Part shown: positions 42,501 through 51,112 of the stretch, piece after piece
Position numbering within the stretch: position 1 is the first letter of the stretch
Layout: each line of letters opens with the position of its first letter
Assembly (NCBI GenBank): GCA_963735035.1
Contig: CAVTJJ010000003.1
Span: 512,001 to 576,000 of the forward strand
Reading direction: 5' to 3'
Origin: an uncultured candidate division Zixibacteria bacterium
GTDB taxonomy: Bacteria > Zixibacteria > MSB-5A5 > GN15 > FEB-12
DNA: 64,000 nt
Notes under the pieces: generated by a model
Seen by the model: the letters and a program-made list of their open reading frames with translations, nothing else
Told to the model about the DNA's origin: nothing
The model's database searches: none
Made by a program: the position numbers and the translations under genes

Positions 42501-43163
42501 AACTTGAAACGTACCATCACCGCTATTCTTCAGGACAGACACCCTGTCAGATGCAATGTCTGCGATGGCCAGATCACTATCACCGTCGCCATCTAGATCA
42601 CTCGCGAAGACGCACCAGGGTTTGCCTCCCACGCTATATTGGACTGCAGGCTCAAAAGTACCGTCCCCATTATTCATCAGAATCGACACACTGGCGGCAT
42701 CAACGTTTCCCAGAGCGAGATCGTTGTCACCATCAAGGTCAAAGTCACTGGCAAAGACCGTTATCCAGTCTCCGGGGCCATAATTGACCGCGGGCTGAAA
42801 CGTCCCATCACCGTTATTTTTCAGGATTGACACATTGTCAGAGTCGATGTTTGCTACAGCCAAATCAACGTCACCGTCACCATCCAGATCAATAGCGAAG
42901 ACAGAATACGATGTTGTACCAGTTGCATAGTTGACCGCAGTTTGGAACGTCCCGTCGCCATTATTGATCAGAACTGACACATTATCAGGGCTATAGTTTG
43001 CCACGGCCAAATCATTGTCGCCGTCTCCGTCAAGATCGCTCGCAGAAACAGAAAGCGGGCGACCTCCCACTCCATAGTCAACTTTCGTATCGAACCACGG
43101 ATCCTGGGCATGTGACATCGACGCCGCCAAAACCACCATCAATGCAATTATCACTCGGGCCAT
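39564..43163 (-). CDS. Secreted FG-GAP beta-propeller + parallel beta-helix + Ig/FN3-like + dockerin-like protein
   Basis: Signal peptide; about seven 49-aa D.DGDGD.DLAVAN repeats; VP..QPTIQAG...GDTVLVADGTY; C-terminal GDVN..CTIGDI.LVDHLF. Confidence 0.88.
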   Translation of the reverse strand: MARVIIALMVVLAASMSHAQDPWFDTKVDYGVGGRPLSVSASDLDGDGDNDLAVANYSPDNVSVLINNGDGTFQTAVNYATGTTSYSVFAIDLDGDGDVDLAVANIDSDNVSILKNNGDGTFQPAVNYGPGDWITVFASDFDLDGDNDLALGNVDAASVSILMNNGDGTFEPAVQYSVGGKPWCVFASDLDGDGDSDLAIADIASDRVSVLKNSGDGTFQVGVQYAAGTEPISVFAIDVDGDGDNDLAVANIDSDNLSILKNNGDGTFQAAVNYVAGDRPRAVFAIDLDRDSDNDLVAANAGSDNVSILKNNGDGTFEAAVNFAAGDGPFSIYSSDLDSDGDNDLTVANESSNTVSIIMNLTALPHVPTTIRVPSDQPTIQAGVDVALNGDTVLVADGTYTGEGNRDVDVSGKVIVVRSENGPENTVIDCDASAADPHVGFLLTSGTTTIRGLTIMHAFGSAVFAEGQDIVLDSCIIRENQGAGVSTGSAILKDCVIEDNSGIGLYSHVGALTSCKINRNAGGGASFGQGVTDIDSCSFEANVGDALYFRGGTNLVTNCRFGGNGTGIGVWVEDSPIQLSVLHCEFTANITSGSGAGVRFWEGSLGDSRLVIDSCYFERNVAESGGAISLRCFNSSIPVEISRCRFRSNVASRGAGIEIIAGSCIQGLSIHSCVFESNEAQAGGAISGLYVVPWGTSDVTGCTFVGNSATTGSHIVCGSYTYGTGSPTISECVFADGRQGAAIVLQDGGIAPLVSCSNVIANAGGDWVGCIADQYGQNGNISLDPLFCDTANGNYSLYNFSPCAAANNSCGQLIGAYDVACTLAATLALPAEPSTTNVMSHTPVLGWTFDPALGWSQTEFEIAVGSDNDWAYAEMWNPAPSQSTEASTVYAGATLLDGATYYARVRTKLNGSWTPWYETSFRMNSLPVKPAIASPHNGAFTGYQPTLYVYNSTDPESDSLSYQFLLYDSPGDPSPLMVSDLVPQQTDSTGWTVSEYLAEDSIYAWRCRVWDGYEFSDTSSWFFFAVNGMPQAPSTPTAIAPIGQNLILFDMLPAFTWTAATDPDPFDEVRYRLELSLNQNFTMIVPFDNLVDTVFNFADSLSFSTRYWWRVKALDNGGLFSMSAVSDFWTWTLGDVNRSHDCTIGDIALLVDHLFIGGTPIDPPKVGDVNGRCDITIGDISLMIDHLFISSAAFKVGCE

Positions 43164-43915
43164 GAGCCCCCCTGTGTTCGCGTGTAAGTACGTTCTGTCA
43201 CATCCAAAATATCGAAAAGGGAGAGAATCGTCAAGGTTATTCGGGGGATAGGCGTCAGGTCACACCGTCTCGCCCGCCGTTGGCGGCCGAGTCGGCAGGA
43301 CCTGACGCAACCACGTCACAACCCTTGGGTGCCCCGCCTGAAGCGGGGCAAGACAGAATAGGCGCCGGGGCATGACAGAGTAGAAGCCGCGGCAGGGATG
43401 GAACCCTGCCGATCGCTTGCGGGACCCTGCCGATTGATTGATTCGTCGCCCCTTCCCCCCGTCCAAAAATGGACCTGCGAGGGCCCAAATCCACCCCCGG
43501 TCCAATTAAACAAACTTTCATAGCGCCGTCGATCCACCCTCCCGAACAGCCAAAATCGCGTAACTCGCTGCCAAACAACCGGTTTACAACCTCAGAAAAG
43601 CATCGCCTAAATTGCTTATAAACCTTGACATATAAGGCCGTGGCCGCTTCATTTGTGGCCGCTTGTGCCCTACGACTGATTTTGGGGACGGTGTTCATTT
43701 ACATCAACCCAATAATTCAGACCGAGAGTACAACGACGAGATGAGAACGTACTGTTCTTGAACGAAAACAAAACAATGTTTGCCGGTGACGCTTCATGCA
43801 GATGATGTTTGAACACGAACCGGACGGACACACACAGACCCGACCGACCCTGTCACTGTCCGTAGATGTTAACCAAAGCGTCCGCAAGGGCGGTCGGTCG
43901 AAAGGAAAAAACGCT

Positions 43916-44518
43916 ATGTCAACGCGTGTGTCGTCTATTCTGGTGGCACTCGCAATCGCGCTCTTGGTGACCGGTTGCGCCAAAGCTCCGACTGAGGAGC
44001 TCAAGACCAGTAGTGACGCTCTCGCCAACGCTGAGTTGGCCGAAGCCAAAGATTATGCTCCGGCGTCCTACCAGCAGGCAATGGATTCCCTCAACGCTGC
44101 CAAGGTTGAGATCCAGGCCCAGGATTCAAAGTTCGCTCTGTTCCGTGGCTACGGCCGGGCGAAAGAACTTCTGGCCGCCGCTGCCAGACTGGGTGACCAG
44201 GCCGTGACCGACGCTCAGGCCGGCAAAGAGCGGGTACGTCAAGAAGACCAGGCTCTGATCACTCAGATCGACGGTCTCTTTGTCACCGCCAAGGACGCGC
44301 TTGCCAAGGCCCCGAAGGGCAAAGGCACGAAGGCTGACCTCGAACTGATCGCCTCCGATCTGGCCTCAGTTGAAGCCGCTCATGCGGCTGCGCTGGCCGA
44401 TTTCAACGGTGGTAAGTTCCTCGTGGCCAAGCCGAAATTGGAAGGTGCGATTTCCCAGTTGAATCGTATAATTTCCGATATCGAAGCTGCTAAGGCCAAG
44501 GCTTCAGGGAAGCGCTAA
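43916..44518 (+). CDS. Alanine/lysine-rich helical lipoprotein (DUF4398-like)
   Basis: Lipobox LVTGC; AEAKDYAP..YQQA; AAAGGA SD. Confidence 0.8.
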   Translation: MSTRVSSILVALAIALLVTGCAKAPTEELKTSSDALANAELAEAKDYAPASYQQAMDSLNAAKVEIQAQDSKFALFRGYGRAKELLAAAARLGDQAVTDAQAGKERVRQEDQALITQIDGLFVTAKDALAKAPKGKGTKADLELIASDLASVEAAHAAALADFNGGKFLVAKPKLEGAISQLNRIISDIEAAKAKASGKR

Positions 44519-44617
44519 TTGTAGTTGTCTCACCCTGACAGCAACTTTCGTTTTTCGGAGGGTTGTCCGGCAACGGGCAGCCCTCCCCTTAGTTGTAGAA
44601 GACCGCAGGAACCACGG

Positions 44618-45712
44618 ATGACATCGGGCAAGAAACGGTGGATCATTGCCGTCTCGATTATCCTGCCCTTGCTTGTCGCCGGGGCATGGATCGCGGCGCT
44701 ACATTATCGCACCCCTCCCCTCGCCAGTCTCAATCAGGCCTACCGGGCCATAGACCGCGCCCGTCTGGCCGGAGCCGAACAACAGGCCCCGGTAATTCTT
44801 CGCCAGGCCGAATTCTGTCTGGAGCTGGGCGAAGGCTCCCTGCGACGGGAAAATGCCTCATACAATCCTTTCGGAACTTATCGCGAAGCCGACTCGTTGT
44901 TTGCTCTGGCGACCGTGAAAGCCGGTATCGCCCGCAAAACCACGACCGATTTGCAAGAGACGGCTCGCAACCAGGTCTCCGATGCTTTCTCCGCGACTCA
45001 GCGCGAAATCGACGGCTGGCGGAAACGTCTCGACGACGGACTTGCTCCGATGGAATGTCAACGAATCTTAATCTCGGCCGGGACAAGTTTGAGCCTGGCC
45101 CAGGACCTTATCTCCAGGAATCAGCACACCGAAGCTGAATCCCTGCTGCAGAAGACCGACTACCTGCTGGATAGGTTGTCGACCCAATACGGAAACTATC
45201 AAAGCCAAAACGTGGAAAGTCTGCACCACTGGCAGTCACTGGTCCGCGAAACCAAGCAGCATTCGAAAGCTACCGGCGAGCCGGCCATCGTGGTGGACAA
45301 AGCGGCACACAAATTATATCTGATTCTCAATGGTGATGTGGCGTCGGTGTATCCGTGTGATCTCGGTTACAGTTCCGCCAAGCAAAAATGGGTCTCCGGT
45401 GACGGCGCTACTCCTGAAGGCAAATATCAGGTGACCGAGATCAAGCACCACAGCAAATACTACAAGGCGCTGCTCATCAATTACCCGAACGATGCGGACC
45501 GGGTCCGCTTCCGCCAGGGTCAGCGTAACGGCAGCATTGGGGGACGGGCACGTATCGGCAGCCTGATTGAAATCCACGGCGAAGGCGGCAAGGGCAAAGA
45601 TTGGACCGAAGGCTGTGTGGCCGTCACGAACCCCCAGATGGATAAACTGATGAAATACGCGGTTAGAGGTATGTGGGTAACGATCGTGCGTATGACGGAG
45701 CCGATGCCATGA
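44618..45712 (+). CDS. Membrane-anchored L,D-transpeptidase (helical/DUF4398-like + YkuD)
   Basis: IVVDK..HKLY; GDGATPEG.Y; INYPN; IEIHG...WTEGCVA. Confidence 0.88.
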   Translation: MTSGKKRWIIAVSIILPLLVAGAWIAALHYRTPPLASLNQAYRAIDRARLAGAEQQAPVILRQAEFCLELGEGSLRRENASYNPFGTYREADSLFALATVKAGIARKTTTDLQETARNQVSDAFSATQREIDGWRKRLDDGLAPMECQRILISAGTSLSLAQDLISRNQHTEAESLLQKTDYLLDRLSTQYGNYQSQNVESLHHWQSLVRETKQHSKATGEPAIVVDKAAHKLYLILNGDVASVYPCDLGYSSAKQKWVSGDGATPEGKYQVTEIKHHSKYYKALLINYPNDADRVRFRQGQRNGSIGGRARIGSLIEIHGEGGKGKDWTEGCVAVTNPQMDKLMKYAVRGMWVTIVRMTEPMP

Positions 45713-46347
45713 ACAAGTGGTTCATAATCATTCCGGCGGGACTTCTCACGATAGTGCTGTTGTTGATCGGCATTCTCCTTTGGACTTCACAGGAATCATT
45801 CGTTAAGCCCAAAGTGACCGACAGCAAGCCGGCCGTGGGGGCCGACCAGGGCGGCAAGAAATCGCAGCGTCCGAAGTCCAGTCTGCCATCCGGGCGACTC
45901 AAAATGACGCGGCCGTACATTGTGATAGACCGCTATGCCAACAAGCTCTATTATCGCACCGAAGATTCAATCATTATCGCGGCGGATTGTTCCACCGGTT
46001 CCGGTGCGGAATTGACCGACACGTTGACCGGCCGTCACTGGACTTTCGGCACTCCGACCGGCGTCTTCGTAGCCGACAGCAAATTAGAAGGCCCCTGGTG
46101 GCGTAAGCCGGACTGGGCTTTCATTGAAGAAGGCGAGCAAGTCCCATTGACCGAGGAAGAACGCATGGACCCCAATACGATGGGCGCGTATGCGATTGGA
46201 TTCGGCAACGGCTATTTCGTGCACGGCACCCTGTACGAGCGACTGCTCGGGGTGAGCGTCACCCACGGGTGTGTTCGTCTGGGTGAAAAGGACCTGTCGA
46301 ATCTCTATGGACGCGTACAATACGGCACATACATATTCGTTTACTGA
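45709..46347 (+). CDS. L,D-transpeptidase (YkuD family)
   Basis: CSTG; TPTG; VHGT...VTHGCVRL; ATGA coupling. Confidence 0.9.
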   Translation: MNKWFIIIPAGLLTIVLLLIGILLWTSQESFVKPKVTDSKPAVGADQGGKKSQRPKSSLPSGRLKMTRPYIVIDRYANKLYYRTEDSIIIAADCSTGSGAELTDTLTGRHWTFGTPTGVFVADSKLEGPWWRKPDWAFIEEGEQVPLTEEERMDPNTMGAYAIGFGNGYFVHGTLYERLLGVSVTHGCVRLGEKDLSNLYGRVQYGTYIFVY

Positions 46348-46348
46348 T

Positions 46349-47035
46349 ATGAACAGATCAAGACGACGACTTGCGACTGTAATTGGCCTGGTGCTGCTTC
46401 TGCTGTTGGCTACAGTGGCTTTTGACTCGGCGCCGGCCCAGGGTAAGAGCAAAGGCAAGACCCCCAAGCCGCCTCCGCCTCCGCCGGCGACTGACTATGC
46501 CAGCCGTTTCAAAGGCGCCGAGGCGGCCCTGGTTGGGGTGGATCGTCCCTATCTGGTGCTTGATTTCGCCAAATCTCAATTTCACCTTAAGCTCCGCGGC
46601 GTCTCCCTGCGCGACTACAAGTTCACACTCTTGAGCAGCCCCGATGAGCCCAGGGCGTTTACCGACCACGCTGCCGCCGGCGATACGGTCAGCAAATCGT
46701 TGGTTCGGATGCATGTATTCGAATCCGAACCTCAGCTCAACGACACCGTCCTTCGAATTGTCGCCGAGGCCACTACGGCTCCGGCCAATCTGATCCAACG
46801 CTACCGCCCGAAACATCTTTCGGTGACCTACTCGAACCGGCTCGCGCTCGATGTCTACGCTTCCGATATCGGCGGCAAATCGACGTCGTGGAGTGAGGAC
46901 CTCGCCGAAGAGCTCCGTCTGTTCGCGGATGGCGTCATGGGTGGCGAGCGGTTGAAGATTCAGATAAGTCGTGACGACGCCATGTCGTTCTACGGAATAT
47001 GCCGCGACGCGACACCCTTATTGGTAGCGCCCTAG
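46349..47035 (+). CDS. Secreted protein, probably a catalytically dead YkuD-like fold
   Basis: RPYLVLD...FHLKL and IQISRDDAMSFYG resemble the YkuD edge motifs; no HG...C. Confidence 0.6.
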   Translation: MNRSRRRLATVIGLVLLLLLATVAFDSAPAQGKSKGKTPKPPPPPPATDYASRFKGAEAALVGVDRPYLVLDFAKSQFHLKLRGVSLRDYKFTLLSSPDEPRAFTDHAAAGDTVSKSLVRMHVFESEPQLNDTVLRIVAEATTAPANLIQRYRPKHLSVTYSNRLALDVYASDIGGKSTSWSEDLAEELRLFADGVMGGERLKIQISRDDAMSFYGICRDATPLLVAP

Positions 47036-47075
47036 CAAATTCGCGACGCCATTCTCTCCCAACGCTCATTTCGTC

Positions 47076-47101
47076 GGAACCTGATTCCCCCGAAGATAGT
47101 T
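47076..47101 (+). promoter_or_regulatory. ECF (SigR/SigH-type) promoter upstream of gpx
   Basis: GGAAC-N18-GTT, the same spacing as at 39044-39069. Confidence 0.55.
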
Positions 47102-47165
47102 CTCTTATCTACGCCCGTCCTGTTCTGCAGTTTCGGGAACACGACTGGCACGAAAGGAGTCAGTT

Positions 47166-47768
47166 ATGTCAAGATTCATGTATGTCTTCGTGTTGAGCCT
47201 CATCGGTCTCGCCGGTATGCTCATAGCAGGTACTGCGCCTCAGAAGATCGAAGCGACACCGGTCAGTGTAAACCAGGCGCAAGTTGTGAAGAGCGATGAT
47301 TATCGCCAGTTCCGGTTCGCCACCATCATGGGTGACACAACCAGCCTGGCGTCATTCGACGGCAAAGTCGTCCTGATCGTCAATGTCGCGAGTGAGTGTG
47401 GCAACACTCCGCAGTATGCGGGACTGGAGTCGCTGTATCTGAAGTACAAAGACAGCGGCCTGGTGATCATCGGTTTCCCGGCGAACAATTTCGGCGGACA
47501 GGAGCCGGGCAGCAACGAACAAATCCTTCAGTTCTGTACGTCCAAGTATGCGGTGACTTTCCCCATGATGGCCAAGGTCAGTGTCAAAGGCACGGACAAG
47601 AACCCGCTCTTTGTCGCGTTGACAGAAAAGTCAAAGCTGCCCGGCGAGATCAAATGGAATTTTTCGAAGTTTCTGCTAGACCGTCACGGCAATCTGGTGG
47701 CCCGATTCGATCCGACTGTCAAGCCCGATGCGCCGGAGTTGGTGAGTGCGATCAGGAAACTGTTGTAG
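47166..47768 (+). CDS. Exported Cys-type glutathione peroxidase
   Basis: VNVASECG; GFPANNFGGQEP; IKWNFSKFL; signal peptide. Confidence 0.92.
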   Translation: MSRFMYVFVLSLIGLAGMLIAGTAPQKIEATPVSVNQAQVVKSDDYRQFRFATIMGDTTSLASFDGKVVLIVNVASECGNTPQYAGLESLYLKYKDSGLVIIGFPANNFGGQEPGSNEQILQFCTSKYAVTFPMMAKVSVKGTDKNPLFVALTEKSKLPGEIKWNFSKFLLDRHGNLVARFDPTVKPDAPELVSAIRKLL

Positions 47769-47870
47769 GTCAGGCCGACTCGGGGCCTGACAGATGAGTC
47801 CGATGTAGGTCAGGCCGACTCGGGGCCTGACTCCTTTGGACATGTCAGGCGTCAAGTCCGCCTGACCTAC
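47765..47870. repeat. GTAG-type REP cluster
   Basis: TGTAGGTCAGGCCGACTCGGGGCCTGAC twice plus an inverted variant; other GTAG hairpins near 29045, 29808, 39510, 52851. Confidence 0.8.
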
Positions 47871-48089
47871 AAGACTGTCATCGCGAGTCTCGACCGAGTT
47901 TCACGGGCGAGACGTGGCGATCTCAAGTGTCGCCAAGTGCCCGGCAGATGCCCACATCTGCCGGCAGTATTAATGACGGCGAATCGAGATTGCTGCGCTA
48001 CGCTGTCCCCACCCGACGGCGGGCCCGCCCCGTTCGCAATGACATTGAGTGAGGTATATTCAACCCACCGCAAGCGGTGGGCCACTCGA

Positions 48090-49004
48090 CTACCACTTCT
48101 TGCGGTGCCACAGCCACAGGAAGGCCAGCACCGAAACCACGGCCAGGCTCATCACGATATAGAATGCCAGCGGATGCGCTTGAAGAGGTAATTCGACGTT
48201 CATCGAAAAGGCGCTGACCACAAATGTCGGCACCATGATGGCGATAGTGATGATATTGAGAAACTTGATAAGGACGTTCAGGTTGTTGCTCACGATCGAA
48301 GCCCTGGCGTCCATCAATCCGGCCAGAATGTTCGAATAGATCTCGGCCTGCTTATAGCACTGGCTGCTGTCGATGATGGTATCGTCGAGGAACTCCATCT
48401 CCTCCGTGCCGAACCCGACCTTGCTGGAGTTGACCTTCATCTTCTCCAACACCATGCTGTTTGAGTTCAGAGAGTTCAGATAATAGATCAAGCTCTTTTC
48501 CAGAGTGAAGAGATTGATCAGGCTCTTGTTCTCCATCGCCGTATTGATTTTGTCCTGCAGGCTGTCGGAAATCGCCGAAATAACTTTCAAGTGCGCCAGG
48601 AAATGCGCAGTCGAGCGGTTGAGCAATTTCAGCAGCAGGAAGCCGGGCGTAGTGATGCGAATTATCTGATTCGAATCGGTCAGCGGTACATCCTCGGAGA
48701 TAACAACTATCAACCGATCCTTGAAGAGAAATGCGCCGGTCGAAGCCACTCGAAACAGAAATTCGTCTTCATGTGAATAATTCTTCGGTCGCTTGAAGAT
48801 CAGCGCGATATGATCCGGCTCGAACTCAAGGCGCGACAATTCGTCGGGGTCAAGGGCCGAGTTGAGCGTGTGCTCATCTAACCTAAGACTATCGATGAGA
48901 TATCGTTTCTCCTGCTCGTCGGGATTGAAATAGACGGTGAGCAGGCTCTGCTCGTTCTGAGTCTCGACGAGTCGGCGCTCGACAATGTCATACCTTCGCT
49001 GCAT
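48090..49004 (-). CDS. corA: CorA family divalent cation transporter
   Basis: SALDPDE..RLE; ASIVSNNLN; two C-terminal TMs with FSMNV (GMN variant). Confidence 0.85.
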   Translation of the reverse strand: MQRRYDIVERRLVETQNEQSLLTVYFNPDEQEKRYLIDSLRLDEHTLNSALDPDELSRLEFEPDHIALIFKRPKNYSHEDEFLFRVASTGAFLFKDRLIVVISEDVPLTDSNQIIRITTPGFLLLKLLNRSTAHFLAHLKVISAISDSLQDKINTAMENKSLINLFTLEKSLIYYLNSLNSNSMVLEKMKVNSSKVGFGTEEMEFLDDTIIDSSQCYKQAEIYSNILAGLMDARASIVSNNLNVLIKFLNIITIAIMVPTFVVSAFSMNVELPLQAHPLAFYIVMSLAVVSVLAFLWLWHRKKW

Positions 49005-49042
49005 CCGTTGCTTTCTCTGTTATCCTGACCGAGTCCACGATA

Positions 49043-49156
49043 CCCGGTCTTGCCAAACGAGCCACGCGAAAGATTGGCCGGACTTCCCTTATACACCGAC
49101 GGTTTCCTGACCAGGCTACCCGCGCAATGTGGCTGGCAGTAAACACTCCCCTCAAG
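49043..49156 (-). ncRNA. Putative divergent yybP-ykoY (Mn2+) riboswitch
   Basis: AGGGGAGT...GGTCAG...CCGGC...GCAAGACC in the corA leader, with stems TGCC/GGCA and AGCCAC/GTGGCT. Confidence 0.55.
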
Positions 49157-49228
49157 ACAAACACAAGCCGAAAATCGAGACAAATGGGCGACCATCTCCC
49201 GTCTAGGAGGATCGCCCGATCAACCGCC

Positions 49229-49975
49229 CTAAGACATTACCGACTCGCGGACAATCCCGGTCTTGCAGTGCTCGAATATGCCGTTCAACCGCGAGGCCAT
49301 ATCCATGGCCTTCTGGAGGCGCTCGGTCTCCTGGGTCTCGAAGTTACCTTTGATTCGGCTCGACAGGAGATTGCAATCAGTGAAGATGACCGTGTCCCCC
49401 TCGGCTTCGATCATCAATATACCCGGGAGAGCCGCCAATTCAGGCCAGATATCGCGGGGGATTTGCCGGGACGCTTCCTGGGGGGTGCGTGAGAGGACTA
49501 CGTATTTCTTTGCAATTTCCGGCGAGGCTTCAAGGGGTACTTCTTCGAATCCCCCTATTTTGACCGCCAGTAGCGTCAGGCTGCCGAGCAGCTTCCACCC
49601 TCTTCCTTCACCGCCCAATAGGGGCGCCAGCCGGAGCGACGGCAACTGCCAGCCGTGCCCGACCAGGACCGTCTTCAGATCGGAGCTCTTGTCATTCCGA
49701 CCTTGCAGGACGCGACAGTCGTAGAGTGCATAGGAGCCGTGGTCGCGCTTGAAAACCTTGCTGACTCTGACCCCGCTTCCTTTTGGCTCGAGAATTCGAT
49801 TTAGTCGCTCTACCAAGGCCGGGTCAGGAGGCTCTTCACTGATGAAGCCGAGACGCTGGCGAATCTGACGGCACAATTCTTCATGCTTACGGGCAGCTTT
49901 AATAATCAGTGTCAGGATGAGCGCGAAGGCGCCGACGAACAAGAATGGAATGAACCATACCGGCATAGACTGCAT
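49229..49975 (-). CDS. Hypothetical protein with an N-terminal TM anchor
   Basis: 248-codon ORF; AAAGGA before the ATG. Confidence 0.7.
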   Translation of the reverse strand: MQSMPVWFIPFLFVGAFALILTLIIKAARKHEELCRQIRQRLGFISEEPPDPALVERLNRILEPKGSGVRVSKVFKRDHGSYALYDCRVLQGRNDKSSDLKTVLVGHGWQLPSLRLAPLLGGEGRGWKLLGSLTLLAVKIGGFEEVPLEASPEIAKKYVVLSRTPQEASRQIPRDIWPELAALPGILMIEAEGDTVIFTDCNLLSSRIKGNFETQETERLQKAMDMASRLNGIFEHCKTGIVRESVMS

Positions 49976-50132
49976 CCTTTACTGCTGCTGAGAAAACTTC
50001 GCCTGCTTACCTCTAGATCGACCAACTCAGGATGTTCGTGAGTATCTTCGTTTAGTCTGAACCCGCCGCTCCCACTGGCTGTTTTCCCATTATCTGCCGA
50101 TGTCTGAAAGAGCACTTTGTGGACTGGATAAT

Positions 50133-50951
50133 ATGGCGTTACGCAAAAATGATTATGAGTATTTGCTTGGCGACGGCGATGCCGAGCTGGATCGGCTGAG
50201 ATTCCAGCAGTCTGTCTGGGGGCCGGTCACCCGGCGTTTCTTCGACCGCCTTCATGTCGCCCCGGGCTGGAACTGTCTGGATGTCGGCGCCGGACCGGGG
50301 TTCGTGTCCATGGACCTGCGGGAACTTGTGGGCGACAACGGGTCGGTGACGGCTCTGGAGCCCTCGGAATACTACTGTGACTGGTTTCAAGGTCAAATCG
50401 ACGCAAATGGCTGGCGTAATATCAAGATCATCAAGGGAAGTTCATTTGATGCCCCGCTGCTGGATCGATACTACGACCTGGTCTTTGTGCGCTGGGTCAT
50501 CGGCTTTGTCCCCGACCCCGAAGCTTTCCTGGCACCGCTCGTGGCGACTCTCAAGCCGGGCGGTATAATCGCGATTCAGGACTATGTGCACGAGGGTTGT
50601 TCGCTTTTCCCTAACGGCGGCATCTGGGACCGGATGCCTGAAGCTGTTCGCGCCTGGTGGCGGGCCGGGGGCGGCGACCCGTATGTATGCGCCAAGATGC
50701 CGGCGGTGATGAAATCATTCGACCTGAACCTGATCGACTATACGCCGAACTGTCTGTCGGGGGGTCCGGACAGCCCGGTGATGGAATGGATGGGGCGATT
50801 TCTCAAGAGCCAGATTCCGGTGATGGTCGAGAAGGGTATTCTCACGCTATCCGACGCCGATCTCATGCGTGATGATTGGCAGAAACATCGGGATAATCCC
50901 GCGACGGTGTTCTTCTCGCCGTTCGTGGTAGACGTGGCCGGGCGGAAATGA
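50133..50951 (+). CDS. Class I SAM-dependent methyltransferase
   Basis: YLLG....E..RL..Q; CLDVGAGPG; YDLVFVRWV; LKPGG. Confidence 0.88.
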   Translation: MALRKNDYEYLLGDGDAELDRLRFQQSVWGPVTRRFFDRLHVAPGWNCLDVGAGPGFVSMDLRELVGDNGSVTALEPSEYYCDWFQGQIDANGWRNIKIIKGSSFDAPLLDRYYDLVFVRWVIGFVPDPEAFLAPLVATLKPGGIIAIQDYVHEGCSLFPNGGIWDRMPEAVRAWWRAGGGDPYVCAKMPAVMKSFDLNLIDYTPNCLSGGPDSPVMEWMGRFLKSQIPVMVEKGILTLSDADLMRDDWQKHRDNPATVFFSPFVVDVAGRK

Positions 50952-51112
50952 AATTTCAGGTTGACCACCCGCCATACGATGCCCTGAACCAAAGGTCACT
51001 TTCTCAAATTGATCGGCTTTTTTTGGTTGCGCAGGCAGTGCGAATACGATTTACTAAGCCACTACAGAGTGGTCAATATTGTAGTGGAACGCTGTATTCG
51101 GAGGTCGGTCTG

